Assembly (NCBI GenBank): GCA_965202585.1
Contig: OZ241828.1
Location: 23,436,001 to 23,500,000 of the forward strand
From: Thalia democratica
Lineage: Eukaryota
Direction: 5' to 3'
Length of the DNA: 64,000 nt
The notes below the pieces were generated by a model, which ran no database searches, had not been told where the DNA came from, and was given only the letters and a program-made list of their open reading frames with translations. Position 1 is the first letter of the stretch. Each line of letters starts with the position of its first letter. Of the stretch, positions 34,566-48,960 are shown piece by piece. The position numbers were made by a program, and so were the translations under genes.

Positions 34566-37500
34566 ACTAGTTTCTGATTGACTGAAGTGAACTGATATGC
34601 ATGTGACTTATCTTACTAATAATTTTTAAACGGTTCCTTCTTATAGGATTAAAGTAAATGTTAATATAAAAATATACTAAAGTTAATTCTAATATTTTAA
34701 TTTAAAAATGTAATTTTTGATTATTTTTTTGAGATTAAAGTTACATCAGCTAATACACATGCTAAAGTTTCAATGATTTACTGTTTTTACATTCTGACAT
34801 TTTTTTATGTATAGTAACAGTTTATATCCAGTTTTGTATACTTGTAATGTGTGTATATGTGTTTTTTTATTTGAGCTGTGTAGTGCATTGCAGTTGTTAT
34901 TAGGTCTTCAGTCCATTTTGTTTTTGAAATCCTGCTTATTTACACAAGTCTTTACACTTTTGAGATTTAAATAAATATTAAGTTATCTATTGAAGCAAAA
35001 ACTTGAAATATATGTCGATTTTAAATTGTGTAAACAACACATTTTGTTATTTTAGAGACTATTCTTTAAAAATTAAATATACTACATTTATAAGCTTAAT
35101 TTGGAAGCTTTGATAAAAAGTTTTTCATTTTGTAAACCAATTGTGTTGTGAATATTTTCTTTATTTGCAATATTTCTTATTATTTATTTTCTTATAAAGC
35201 CTTGTAATTCTATTTGCTAAATATACGTATTTTTACAGTATAAAGAGTGTTGTATTTGTATAAGTTCTGTCAACCGTTGATTAACAGTTGTATTTTGTAG
35301 ATAAATTTGTAAGTAAGGAAATAAAGAAATACCATATTTGTTTACAATTACTTGTGAGGTAAGTCAAATTTGTTATGTTCAATAAATTTTGTATAAAACA
35401 TAACCAAGAAATGAAGAATTAGAAATATACATTTATTACTTTCAATTGTCAATTTTCCCTTGTCTTTGTAAGTTATCTCTTAAGCAAATAAATGATAGCT
35501 TGTAGATTTAAATAAATGCTGGTCATTTTAAAATATAACTTTGTGCATATTAAATTGAAAAAATATTGAGTTTCAAACAAAAATGTGTTACACATTTTAC
35601 TGCCACTTTCTGTTTTTCATTTATTGAGCATTAGTGCACTAATGCATTTAACAATATTTCATTGTATATATAAATTAACTATCTCAACTTTCTATGTATT
35701 AGGCACGTTTTAAATTATTTATTTACATAAAATTTTATTGAACAGTTAGTTGCCCATCATATTCAAAAAAGTTATTATTTTTATCACAGAATTATGTAAA
35801 CTTATTTACTAACATAGTGTTTTTTGTAATAACTTATTAGGTAATAGTTATGCCATTTTTTCCTAAAAGGTTTCTAAATCCTGTTTAAACTTCATTTAGG
35901 CCATAGAGAGTCCTTCTTGACTCATCTTGTTTTGTTTTATGTTAGATATCAAACAGTTAATAAAAGTTAAAGTTAAGTTTAAGAGTGAAGAGGTCCACAT
36001 TGGTAAGTTCAGTAGGTTTCTGAACAAGTACAAACTAAGAGGAGTTTTCACTGTTTTTTGTTTATATTTTAACTTGAGACATATATTTTAATTTTTTTTA
36101 CCGTCAGTCCATTACTTAAATTAGGTCATTGAAAAAATTTTAATCAGCCACCATTTATTTAAACTTTTATCTAATACCTACTACCTTTTTAAAAATCATG
36201 CTTGTAGAAACTTAAAAAATAATTATTGAATGTTTTTTGAAAATGTGAGGTCTACAGCTCAAAAAACAAAAAAAGTTGACTGAGTTTTAAATTTTTTTAA
36301 ATTGTTATAAAAGTTAACAAAGATAAAATTTCGGTCCATAGGTTATTATTTTTTATATATAAAATAAAAAGTTTAAAAAGAAAAAAATATGGTCCATTCC
36401 TTTGTATTGGAAGCTTTTAAATAAAGTTGACAATAATTTGTAATTAAAATTTTTAGCTTAACAACAATTAAAAAGTCACTTTATATAGTTCAAATACTTA
36501 TATATGAACCATGTTGATTTAAAAACATGTTGACTCTACTATGACCTTAATTTCCATGCACTAAAGTAACAAAATTAGAAAATTGTATTAAATGTTTTTA
36601 GATAGCCATATTTTTATTAAAAGTCTTCTAATTATTTTGTGGACAGTAGTCGAAGTCTAAACAGTTAGCCATTGCTTATATCAAAAACTTTTTACTATAT
36701 ATTTTTTATTGAGTTTGTGAAAACAAAATTTACTGATAGAAAAAGTTAATATACATAGTTTTTTGAATTTATAAGAAAAAATAGATAAAAACTTGTTATG
36801 TGATTAAAAAATAATGAAATTGGTTTGACACACCAAGAAAAGAATAACACAGGCTACCTAAAAGTTTTTGAAAATAACACCTTGAAGCTAACTTTGATTA
36901 CATAAAAAATATAAATTTAGTTATTAAGTTAGTGGTAACACTTAGATTTGGGTAATAATAACAGTTTGTACTATAGATTAATAGTTTCATAATTGTAAGA
37001 TAGCATTTATAATTTTTTAAGATACTTTAAGCTGGTTTTTGGTCACTCAAGCTAGTTTTTTATTGAAAGATTGGAAAGTATAATACTATTAAAAGTAAAC
37101 ATTGTACTAAGTTGTACTAGTTAAACTAGGTTTATGAATATAAAAAAAATATATTGAAGAAAAACCTAGTTGTTTTTTGTCAAAAATCAAGAACTGTAGT
37201 TTTACTACAATATAAGTTTTTGTAAACAGAGCTGATAAACTTTGTCTAGCATTAGAATTGGTAAATATTTGAAAGTGAGAAAAAGATAATAACATTTAGT
37301 TTTTACCAAGATAATGTAGGCAAAACACAAATAAGTAGTGTTTTATGTATATACATATATTTTTTTTTAATTCAATTTCTTTCTTTATTAAAGTCTCGGC
37401 AACTTGATTAAATATTGTCATGCATTATTGGGTTAAATTTTAATAAAATAAAATAAGCTTTTAAGTTATAATTAACCTAAATAGCAAAAATATGAAACTA

Positions 37501-37619
37501 TTAAAAAAATAATTTTAACTGCATTTCAAAGAAAACTACATGGAAGATAACTAACTACCATTTTTTTAACATGTTTGTCAAAGTTTGTAGATTTTTCAAA
37601 GATATCTGACAATTTTACA

Positions 37620-38870
37620 TTATAAAAAAAAAGATTAATTTTTGACACATAAGGAATTAAAGTCGGCAAGTTCAAAAGTTTCCATATTAAAAACACATTT
37701 TATCGAAAATAAAAACTATTTAAATAATGTTGTGTCTTTTCTTTAAATTTTAATCAATCTTATTTCAACTTAAAAAAGGTTATGAACCACAGCCTAAAAA
37801 TATTTCAAATAGTTAATACTATTTGTTCGTATTCTTAATTATTAATTTTAAATAGCATATATTTAGTTTTAATAACAAAAAAATAGACTGTTAGCATAAC
37901 AAAAGAAAGTACTTGATATAAGTAATAAAAGAGCTATGGACATGTGGCTAGGTACTGATGAAGTAGCTGTTACTAATGTATTTATCAAATTGGAAATAAA
38001 TTATTAAAAATAATTATTTTGCTTAAAAAACAATAAATGCCTAAAGCAAATCTGACATGAGTTTATATCAAAAATTTTATAATTATATTTTATAATGTCA
38101 AAACTTATAAATATTAGTATACAAAGGGTTGAAAATGGGGATAAGATTGAAACTGACTTTTTTTTGGACTTGAAAATCAAAGTAAAGAAAAAATGAATAA
38201 AATTAAAATGTTGTGGTATAGAGCTGGGTTTTTTCCTTTGAAATTGGATTTATTTATTTTTTCTTTAAGTATTTCTTTCAAAAGTTTTTAGATTTTAAAG
38301 GTATTTGTTGATATATTCAGTTCAAATGTACTAGTATTTCCAAAAAAATGATATAAAAGCAAAATATCAAATAAAATAAGCTTGTTTTAATAAATCCCTT
38401 TTTTAAAGTTCCACACTATTTAGGTAAGACATAAGTTAATTGTTAATTAACATTAAATACAAAACAAATATTTATGTACATAAAAATAACAAACACATAT
38501 CACATACTTAAGAAAATATAATTTCTAATTGTGTGTAAAGTATTAAGTTTGTAATGTTTTAGTTTTTTACCCAGGTTAGTTTTGTCTCAGCTAATGTTTT
38601 TTATTTGTTTTCAGGCCAAAGTTACTGAAATAAATTACATTGGTTGAGAAAATCTAAATAGAAATGGTTTAATATATTGGAAAGCAAGGTCTAACAGTCA
38701 AAATGTAAAGCAGTTTTTCTTTAAGCGTGGGTTGCTGTTTTAAAGAAAACACATTTTAGGTAAGTGTATGAATTGATTAATATTTGTAAATAACTTATAC
38801 TAATGACTTTTATGTTTGTAATTTTTTTTAGACTTTCTATTAGTAGAAAGGCAACCGAACATCTAAAAGA
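37620..38870 (+). pseudogene. Possible highly decayed annexin-like gene remnant
   Basis: Scattered frames read KELKS (~37650), KRAMDMWLGTDEVAVTNVF (~37927-37983) and KARSNSQ within an AG/GT-bounded 145-nt block (38615-38759) carrying two stops. The resemblance to annexin repeat motifs is by eye only. Confidence 0.3.
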
Positions 38871-41800
38871 TTGATATAAAAAAAAAGCATTGATAGAAAT
38901 TAAATTCTGTTTAGAATTTTCAATGGTTTTAAATGAGAATAAAAAATTAAGTTTTAACTGATTACAGTTTTTTTACAACTATTATGAGCTTTCCATAGCT
39001 AATATCTTAATACTTTTTTTTGTATCAAATTGGAAATGTGAAAAGTAATATAGAATTTGTTTTAAAAAAAATTATTGGTAAACAGATCAAGTCATAAAAT
39101 AACTTTTAAACTTTAACAAACATGAATAAATTTACTCAACTTTTGAATGTAACATTGGCTCCCCTCAAATAATGTTTATTGAAGTCAAACTTTTAGTTTA
39201 ATATTAAATTTATTTTTATAAATTACAAAGCTAAAAGAGCAAAAGATATTTGTAATCCAGTTGAAATACTTTTTCATATCAAAGTTTTAAAACTCTTCAA
39301 CTTTTAATTACTAAAGTATTTAATAAGTTACATATAAATTTAAAATCCCTACAACATACTTAATGATTGTAAAAATATTCATTAAGACAAACTTTTTTCT
39401 TTTGTAGTATAAGAGAAAACTCATACAAAATTTCATTGCACTTACATAAAAACTACTACACATTTTTATAATTGGATAAAACTATAAATTGTGTTCCTTT
39501 AAATTAAAAATGCAGTAATTTTTATTTTTGAGTAGAATTTGCAATCCAATGGAGTTTCTTCTTAGACCACAAAAAGTTCTTGTACTTGCAACAAAAATCC
39601 ACAATTTTTTATGAAAAATTAAAACTGATAAAAAGGTTAGTATAAATTTATTTAATGAAGTTTTCATTGTAAAAAAAAGATATTCAATTGTACAAATTCA
39701 TTAAAAAAAAAAATATATATATATACTAAATATATTTTAAAGTTTAAAAATTCTCAATAGTACAGCTTTATTAGTGTAGCTAATTGAAAAAATTTTTTAG
39801 GTGTATGAATGAATGTCTTTTTTGTATTTCTGTTGAATAATATATGCATTTGAATTAAAATGAAAATATTAGACAAAGTTTTTGTACATTAGTTGTGAAG
39901 GTTTAGTCCTTTGAATATCCAATTAGTTTGAAAACATTTCGAAAACATATCTTTGAATAAATAAATATATGATGCTGTGTTTTTTTTATAAAATAAGATA
40001 TTTTTTTTCGTTTTACTAATGTTTGTATTATCTTAAAAGTTTCACTATAAACCAGCCAATTTTTTTTCTGAATTTTACCTCAAAAACTTTGTTACAAAAT
40101 AAAGGTTTTTATCTAAGTTGGTTATTAAGATGTCTCTTATTTTCATAAACATTGATAATTTAGATGATTGTTATTAGCGGTATACAATAGTTTACTTGAA
40201 CAAATTATGTTGGAAACTACTATTGTTAAAGTTATGTGAAGAAATTGTATGTGCAAGCCAATATTTAAATGTTCCATTGTTTAATTCAAATTGGAACGTG
40301 ATATTAAAAATATCACCAATTGAAATTAAATTAGCCTTACATTTTTAAGTAAATAAAAATAATATTGAATAGTATTTTTTGTAAACGTTTTCTTCCTCGA
40401 TGGTATTTATTTGGTATAAAACAATAAATTTTAAACACACTTTAAACTAACAAATAATAAAACATTTTTTCACAAGTAAAAAAAGAGACTTAGTTACAAT
40501 AGTGAAGTTATTAAAATTTTAAGGTGAAATTAGACTTCTAGGGTGATTAAAGCTTAAGTTTATAATATAGTTTCAGCCTTAATTGCTTGTAAAAAATATT
40601 TATACTGGAACTATATAAGACAAAGTTATATTAGTAAAAACTAGTTTTGAAGACTGTAAATTAGTTAAAAGTTAAAGAGACTGATTAAAAGTTTAAATAA
40701 TGAATAAAATCGTCGCATTAATTGTTATCTAATTTGCAACAGCTTAAAGTATTGAAACAAAGTTTAAACTGAGTTTATAAAGACGATGCTATAGTTTAAT
40801 TACTATTTAAAGACAATACAGATGAACCTAAAAAATGCCAATTAAAATTTATATTTTGTATTTTTAGTCATTACGGTTTTTTTACTCTTCTAATTTAATT
40901 TTTTATTATTATTAAGAAAAAAAATCATTCACTTTACGTAAATTGAAAATATTTCTATCTTACATGCAATAAATAATTTTACTTAAAGTAGAGTAATTGC
41001 TTTAAAACATTCACCCAATTTTAAACAAAAATATAATTAAGAATTAATTCACTAATATTTTTATCCCACATGATTCATTTAGTGCGTGGGTTTTAAGTGC
41101 GGATGATTTATTTTCTTTCTCTTTGTGTGAACTCATTTAGAGTTTATTAAAAGAATAATATATTTAGGTCACTTAAAATCAATTTATCTTATTTGCTGAA
41201 CATATGACCCCTTGGGCATATAATAAGATTGAAAAAACGTTTTTATTAGTATGCCTCAAATAAATACTTAAACGTGTTTTTATTAAAAAAAAAGTTATAA
41301 ATGAAAGTTTATTTAAAATTTCGAAATCTATAGATAATTCTAGATAAAATAAATTTTGATAGATATTTTAAACTTTTACTTCTTCTATTAATTAATTATT
41401 TTGTGTGGAACCGATTTTTTTTATTGAAATTTACCTCAAAAACTTTGTTTTTATACATTTTAAAGTGTCAAAGCAAAAAAAAGTTGATTAACAATTGTCA
41501 TAAAATGTTGGTGGAAAAAAGTTAGAGACATAAAACAAAACAACCACACTGTTTTTTGTACTAAATATTATAGTTTTATTTTTATTATGAATAAATATTT
41601 AAAAAATTAAAGTTGTTGAATTTTTATACAATTGAAATGCTGTGTATGCATTAGTTAAATTGTAATAGGTTGTAGCATTTTTTTTCAAATGGTCTTTTGA
41701 ATTATGTTGTTTTTATAATTTTCAAATATAAGTTATTATATTATATCTAGTATAAAAACTATTTCATTTTGATTATTGTTCTAACTCAGTTTGCTTAAAA

Positions 41801-42182
41801 ATAACATTGATCAAGCAATAAACAATATCGTTAGCAAAGATAAAAAAGTTAACAGTATTTAGTAACAATTAAATAAAACTTAGAAAAATAAATAGTTATG
41901 GTTGAATATGCTTGGTATCATATATTTTTCATTAATTTGATTGAAATTTACCTTGATTCATTCTCAGTTGTATTGTTTGTATTTTGTGTCAGTTGTAAGT
42001 ATAACAGTTTACTAAAATGTTTTTACTTGTTTTGAAAACATACTTCATGAATGAAAGTTTTTATTTAGTTTAAACATAAAATGACTCTTAGTTTGATAAC
42101 CTTTGACAATTTACAAGACTATTATAAAAAAAAAATATAGGTTTACTTGAATTAAACATATCAAAACTACTGTTGTTTAAAT

Positions 42183-42471
42183 CAGTGGTCTTCAACTTTT
42201 TTAAAAAGCTGTGCACACTAATTAACTGGAAAACAAATTCTGTGCACACTTGACTGTAAAAAATATGTAAATATTATTGAAGAATACTCTTTTTTATGTT
42301 TTGAGATCCTTATTATATAAATAGCGGTTTGATGACTGTAATTTTATGCTACAATTAGTTTTTTATTCCCGTAGAAAAGACAAAACAAATATCATCTAGA
42401 AAAATTTTTTTACCTTATTAAATTTTCTGTGCACAGTAAAATAATTTCCATTCACACTTTGACGACCACTG
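42183..42471. mobile_element. hAT-like MITE family C
   Basis: CAGTGGTCTTCAAC ... TTGACGACCACTG; flanks GTTTAAAT / GTTTAAGT (7/8 target-site duplication). Confidence 0.85.
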
Positions 42472-42825
42472 GTTTAAGTTATGCGTGCTTAAAAATTGTA
42501 TGTGCAAGCTAACACTTAAATGTTTTATTGTTTTATTTAAATTGGAACGTGTTATTGCAAATATCATCTGTTGATGTTAAATTAGCTTTAAACAGATATA
42601 GATGAAAATATTATAAAATAGTATTTATTGTGAACGTTCTCTCCTATGTGGTATTTATCTGCTGTAGAACAAAAACCTTTAACCCCAACTTTAACAAACA
42701 AGTAATAAAACAGCATTTTGTAAATTGAAGTTCCGACAATAGGGAAACTTTATTACAGTAGTGAAGTTATTTTGATTTTAAGTTCGGAATTGACTTAGAT
42801 TTTTAGTGTAAAACTTAAGTTTTAA

Positions 42826-43430
42826 GGGCATAGGGGGGTCCACTTTGATTTTTACAAGTTGATCTTATTTTATAGAGTTTTATCTGAGCTATCAGACATT
42901 TTTAACCGCTTGAAAAAATTCAAAGTAATTTTTGAGATATGAGCGATCAAAGTTGGTGACCTCAATAGGTTCTTGATGGAAGGCGCAAACTAAAAGCGCG
43001 AAAAAAGGTTATTTCATTAAAAATCTATCTCCTCCTTCATTTTTGAAGCAATCTTTCTCAAATTTTCACAGAAAGTGTATTATTAAATTAAAAAAAGAAA
43101 TATTGCAGGATTTTTTTAAATTTTAAAAAATAAAATTTTTATAAAAAAACTACCTTTTTTTTTGTTTTTTAGTCTAAATTTTTTATTTTTTTTTTTTATA
43201 CAGCTCCAACATTAAAATTATTTTAAACTATAAAAGGAACGTTTCCTGAAAGTTTTAAGTCTCTAGCTCAAAAAAATAAGGAGAAGATAGATTTTTTGTG
43301 ATTTTTTAAATTTCCGAGAAAATTGACCCTGAAAAATTTGTGGTCCATATGTTTGTATCGAAAACTTTTTATAAAAATTACAATATCTTAAAAGTAAAAT
43401 AGGAATTTTAAATTCTATAAAAACTGTCTT
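42826..43430. mobile_element. TTAA (Kolobok-like) MITE copy, one terminus visible
   Basis: TTAA|GGGCATAGGGGGGT start; internal similarity to 14260-14940 (AAAAATCTATCTCCTCCTTCATTTTT, GGAGAAGATAGATTTT). Confidence 0.7.
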
Positions 43431-46400
43431 GTAGTTTGATTAATATTTCTATCTTACCTGCAATAGATAGTTTTATTTCAATTAGAGTAATTGCTTTAAA
43501 TTATTCTCCCAATTTTAAACAAAAACATAATTAAGAATTAATGCACTATTATTTTTATTCCACATGACTCATTTAGTGGGTGGGTTTTCAAGTGATTTTT
43601 TTTCTTTCTCTTTGTGTGAACTCATTCTAAGTTTATTTAAAGAATAATATATTTAGGTCACTTAAAATTAATTTATTTTGTTTGCTGAACATATGATTCC
43701 TTGGGCATAAAATAAGATTAAAAAAAGTCGTTTTTGTTAGCATTTCAAAATAAATACTTTAACGTGTCTACTTTTTATATTTTTTATATTAAATTTTTTA
43801 TTTCATTCTGAAATGTTTAAATAACTCTAGATAAAATAAATTTCAATCAAAAGTTGAAACTTTTTCTTCTTTCATTTATTTAAAATTTTATGTTGTCGTT
43901 AATGTTTAACTTAGTTGCTCTATTTTTCTTTCCTAAGGTAGCTTTTATTAAACTTTTTTATTTTCGGCAAGTATTTTTTAGTTACATGATTTTTTTGTCT
44001 GTTAGTACCAATTTTAAAGTTCCGTAATAATTGTGGCAGTATTTTAAACAATTTTCACACGAAATTCACATTAATATCGTAATTAAAACAGTTACATTAA
44101 AGTTAACTTAATTTTATACTGTATATGGTCTTATTTATCAAGCTAGTATATGACATTTACACAATTTACTTTTGTTAGAAAATAAATTGAAAAATAAATT
44201 TTTATTAGAAAATTTACTACTAAACTTAACTATTGTTATGTAATACTATTTTGGTTAGAATTTATTAATAAAACTTGTAACAATTATTATAATTGTAACA
44301 TTTATAATAGATAAGTTGATGTTTGTAATTTATAGTGCTTTATAGTAAAAAATGATGTTTAAAAACACTTTATTTTTACATTTTAGAAAATTTAATTCAG
44401 TATTTGTGCTGTAAAAATTAATTTTTTTATTCAATTTAGTTTCGTTTCAGCTGAAAAAAAAAATTTAAGCATTTGATACAAATGACTTAAAGTAGATAAA
44501 CTAATTCTATGACAACACCTTGAATTAAATTGAAAGTATTATACTAGGGTCTAAGTTATCTATTGTGACCTAAGTATTTCTAATTAAATAAATAATTTAT
44601 TCCTAGATTTACGGTTCATTCGATGCGTAGGCTATAATTGCATATAATTAAAATTTTATTTCTTTTTTGGTTTTGTTTTTATATTCAAGTTTATTGTATG
44701 AGTATAGATGTTTTATTGAGTCTAATGTGATAATGCTATTGTTTTGTTAAACATATTCGTTTAAATTAATTTTTATCTGCTACTTTTTTGAACAAAGTTT
44801 TTCTAAATATTATTCTTTAAAATGAAATATTGAAATTACCAATGTATAACATTAAAATGAAAAATAAAGAATGTTATCAAGTTTGTGTTCAAATAAATTT
44901 TTGTTGATCCGAAATTAACATTAACTGCTTCCGAAAAATAATGACTTTGTAAATTTATAAATTGAAGTTTAGATTATACACTATGTTTTACTTCAATTAA
45001 TTTTAGATGCAAGAAAAAAAGAAAGATTAATTATAAATGAATTTCAAACACATGGGTTGAGATCGTTATAGCTATTTCAAACTAATTTGCATTGAAGTTT
45101 TGTAGCAAATTTTAAGGAATATTTTTAGATTTAACAAACATAAGCCTATTTTTTATATTTTTATCAGTTAATACTTTTAACATTATTGTTTTTTTTTTCA
45201 AAGAACCAATCTGCTAAATTTAATTAAAATTTGATGTGTGTTTTTGTTCATAGTATGTTTAGAATCTTAGTTAAATTACGTAGGTAAAACAAGTTTGTAA
45301 TACTTGATTATAATATCTATGTCATTTAATACTATTTAAATAACTCATGACTCATTGAATACGTACGATCTAAAACATATTGATTATTTTAAAACTTCTT
45401 TTTTCAATTGCTTTAAGTACTAAAGGTAATCACCGTAAAATCTAAGCTGTAGTTTTCTTTAGGTAAAAATGTTCTTGTCAATTTTTTTTAGAACTTTTTC
45501 AGATTTTTTAATACAAATTGACTGTAGCTATCTAAATGAAAATTAAAAAATTGTTTAAATTTGAGTTTATATTACTGTAATGTCGAATGCTAATTTGCTG
45601 CAAGTTTTAATAAAACTATTTATGTAATTAAGTTGAAATTGCTATTTAAGGAAGTGATTATCATTAAAGATACATTTGATACACAATAAAACTGTTTTTA
45701 TGACTTAGACAAACAATTAAGTAATTAAAACTAAACAGTTTACGTTTAGGGAATTGATTAAAGTTGTTATTTTATTTAATTTTATATTTAAATGGTTTTC
45801 ATCATTGGTAATTGGTTAATGTTTAAAAGTTGCAAATTTTGTGACTTACAAGTGAATATAAGTGAAAAACAGTTCTGAATATATTTTTTATTCAACCAAA
45901 ATATGTTTTGTCTGTTTTTAAAGAATTTTATATAAAATTTTGCTTTTAAGTTATAAAAAAAAGTTTTTCAATATAAAACAATAACTTTTGTAACCCCTCT
46001 AATTTTTATTAAAACATTTTCAATTTTATACTTATCAAAACTTAACTTACTATTTACACTGTTTAATTGTTTAAAACATTTTAAATTTAATTCACTCGAT
46101 ATTAAAAAAATGATGAAATTACTTAGTTTTTAGTACACTTAAATGCAGTTATTTTTAGAATACAAAGCTTATAAATAAGTTTTGACGTTTTGAATTTCGC
46201 TGAGATAAAAAATATAAATTATGTAATGCTTCTAAATAACTGAAGTAGCCAAGCTAAAACCAAAAGTTATGTAAAAGTAAAACTAAACGGGCCTGTTTAT
46301 TTAGTTTTACCAAATAATTAGGTTCGCTAAAGAAGACTGTGCATGAAACGGCAGAGAAATATATTTTGAAAATATATTTACATTTAATCTTAACTCTATC

Positions 46401-47759
46401 TGTTAGGTTTTATTAAACATTATTTTCAATTTATTTCAGTTAGTTTCAAAAGTTGCCATGACTAAATGAAAAACTAAACCAACTAAAAATTAATTTTTTA
46501 AAGTGTTTGAACATTAGAGTAAGTTAAAAAAACTGCAGTTATTTTTATACATAATATTTATATACTAGTTTTAAACTAAACTATTAAAATATATTTAAAA
46601 ATGTCTAGTAAAGTTTACAAAGTGTTTGACTAATTTTTCATTTCAAATCTCGTTTATACTTTTTTTTAAGTATCTTAGCTTTATAACAGATTCCTATTTC
46701 CTGATACATATAGAAATATATAAAATTTGAAATTGTTGTTTTATACTGTTGAACTTAGTATAATATATGCCTATACTATATTTAAATTTGAAAGTTAGTA
46801 ATGAAATAATAAAAATAAGTTAGTGTCCTGTTTAAGTCACTTTATCAAAACTAGAATGTTCAACTTTAAGTTTTTGACTGTTTTGAAAACTAAACTGTTT
46901 GATATTGAGATAAAACTAATTGAAATAAATTATTAAATTGGAAATTTTAACACCGTTTTATGCGGCTTGACAAACTAAACTTTTCTACTAACTTCTAACT
47001 TAGTTGTCGAAAAAAAAGTTACTTTTAGTTGTGTTTTAAATACAAAAATAACTTGTTAAGTTCTTTCTGCTTTTTTGAAATGGTTTTATTTTTTTCAACA
47101 AAAAGTTTCTACAGAGGCTACAACAGTTTTTGAAGATGTATAGATAACTTTTTTTATTTAAACAAATCTAAAAATAACTAATTTATAATGGTAGATTTTA
47201 CTTTGCAAATTTCTACTTGGTTTTAACCTAACTAAAATTTTGTAAATAAAGTGAGATGATCATATATAAAGTATGCTATGAATAAAACCAATCAAAAAAA
47301 TCATTAAAAGGTTTATTTGACTTATTTACAAATGTTTAAGATAATTTATAATATGCAAAGCTAAAGTAATTTTAATAACTTATCAAAATCTTCTTAGATA
47401 GTTTATAAATTAATATTTTGAAACAGTATTTTATCAACTATTTCAGTTTATTATTATTTTACATACTTTTTTCAATAAAGAAATTAATACGTCGTCATTT
47501 AAACATTTTATTTTTATCAAAATTTGTTATGTTTTAAAGGAAGTTTTGAATGTTAAAAATGTTATTTAAAAGTGTACAGAACTAATTTTTTACAATTTAA
47601 ATAACATTTTTTAAATAACGAGCTTTAAATTTAATAACAACTAGTGCTTATTTAATATTTAACATATTTTAACTCACCTAATGACGTAGTGCATCTAAAA
47701 ACAGTAAAAATTCGTAATTTTTTAATAATAATAAAGTTTTAATAGATAGAATACAGAAT

Positions 47760-48960
47760 GTATTTGGCTTTGCCATGTACACCAATCATGAGGTGTGAAT
47801 TTTAAAAGTTGCAATTTTGTAACTAAATAATTTATTAACAAAAATAAAATATTTATCACATGTGTGAATTTATTGAAAGTGCAAAAATCTGACTAAAAGT
47901 TTAAAAATGGTTTAAATAAATATATAAAAAGGAGTTAATCTTATAAGTTGCAAAATTGTGACTAAGTTGATATAATTTAAAGTTTTCAATTTTGTGAATA
48001 GAAAGAAAAGAAATTAATTGAACTAATAATTAGTTGTGAATTTTAAAAGTTAATAATTGCGACTATAAATTTAAATAAATCTAGTTTTAAATGTTAGTTA
48101 AAAAAAAAAATCGTGACTAAAAAATAATAAAAAAGTTAGTAAATAATTAAAACAATAAAATTATTTATGATTAGTTTGAAAACTTTAAACTAAAGATAAA
48201 AAATAGTTTAATAAATCTAATCATTAAAAGATAATTTTTAGAATTTGTAAATTTTTATCTAAAAACAATATAGTAATTTAAAAAAAAGTTATATTATTTA
48301 ACCATTAATTAGGTTTTATATAAAAATTTTTAAGTTTATGACTAAAAAATAAAACTTTATTAATCACTAAAACAATAAAGTCAATTATCTCATTAAGTCT
48401 TAATTTAAAAAGTTCAAAATTAATGACCAAAAATAAATTTAAATAAACATATCATTGGATCTTATTTTTTAAAGGCCGGAAGTTGTGTTTAAAAAAATAA
48501 TAGATTATACTAAATAAAAAATATTTAGGTCTTAATTGAAAATTTTCAAATCAATATTTTACAAAGCTACTTATATATTGTTTTTGAAAGTTTAGAAAAT
48601 AATACTACCAACTCTAAAACTTATGTTTTTTCACACTGAGTGACGCGCTACATGAAAAAATGTGACGTTTCGGTTGTATTTGAATTATGATAAAAAAAAA
48701 AATAAAAGCAAATTTAAGAACTTAATTTGGCATGCACACCTATCATGAGGTGTAAATTTTAAAAGTTGCAAAATTGTGACTAACAATACAAAAAAAAAAT
48801 TAAATACAACTATCAAAAATTTTTTTTATTAAAGTTAAAAGTACTAATTATATAAATTAAGTACTTATTTTAAAGTTTGCAAAGATGTGACTGAAAAAAT
48901 AATATATTAATTTAAATAAATATACGGTGTTGATTTTAAAATTAAAAAAAGATGTGACTG
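47760..48960 (+). repeat. Degenerate repeat array built on an AAAAGTTGCAAAATTGTGACTAA-like motif
   Basis: TTGGC..GCCATGTACACCAATCATGAGGTGTGAATTTTAAAAGTTGCAA at ~47764 recurs at ~48727; the short motif recurs many times in between and once near 45830. Confidence 0.6.

Larger units (their letters stand above)
40200..43880 (+). repeat. Direct duplication of a ~1.2 kb non-coding block (about 40200-41400 and 42472-43880)
   Basis: Shared runs such as AAATTGTATGTGCAAGC..AAATTGGAACGTG..ATTA and ATATTTCTATCTTAC..GAGTAATTGCTTTAAA..CCACATGA.TCATTTAGTG..CTCTTTGTGTGAACTCATT..GCTGAACATATGA..CCTTGGGCATA occur in both copies. Confidence 0.85.

Noticed and set aside
34303-34581. Alternative-frame and antisense ORFs in SARAF exon 2
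   Set aside because: These are by-products of the GC-rich Gly/Arg/Ser tail.
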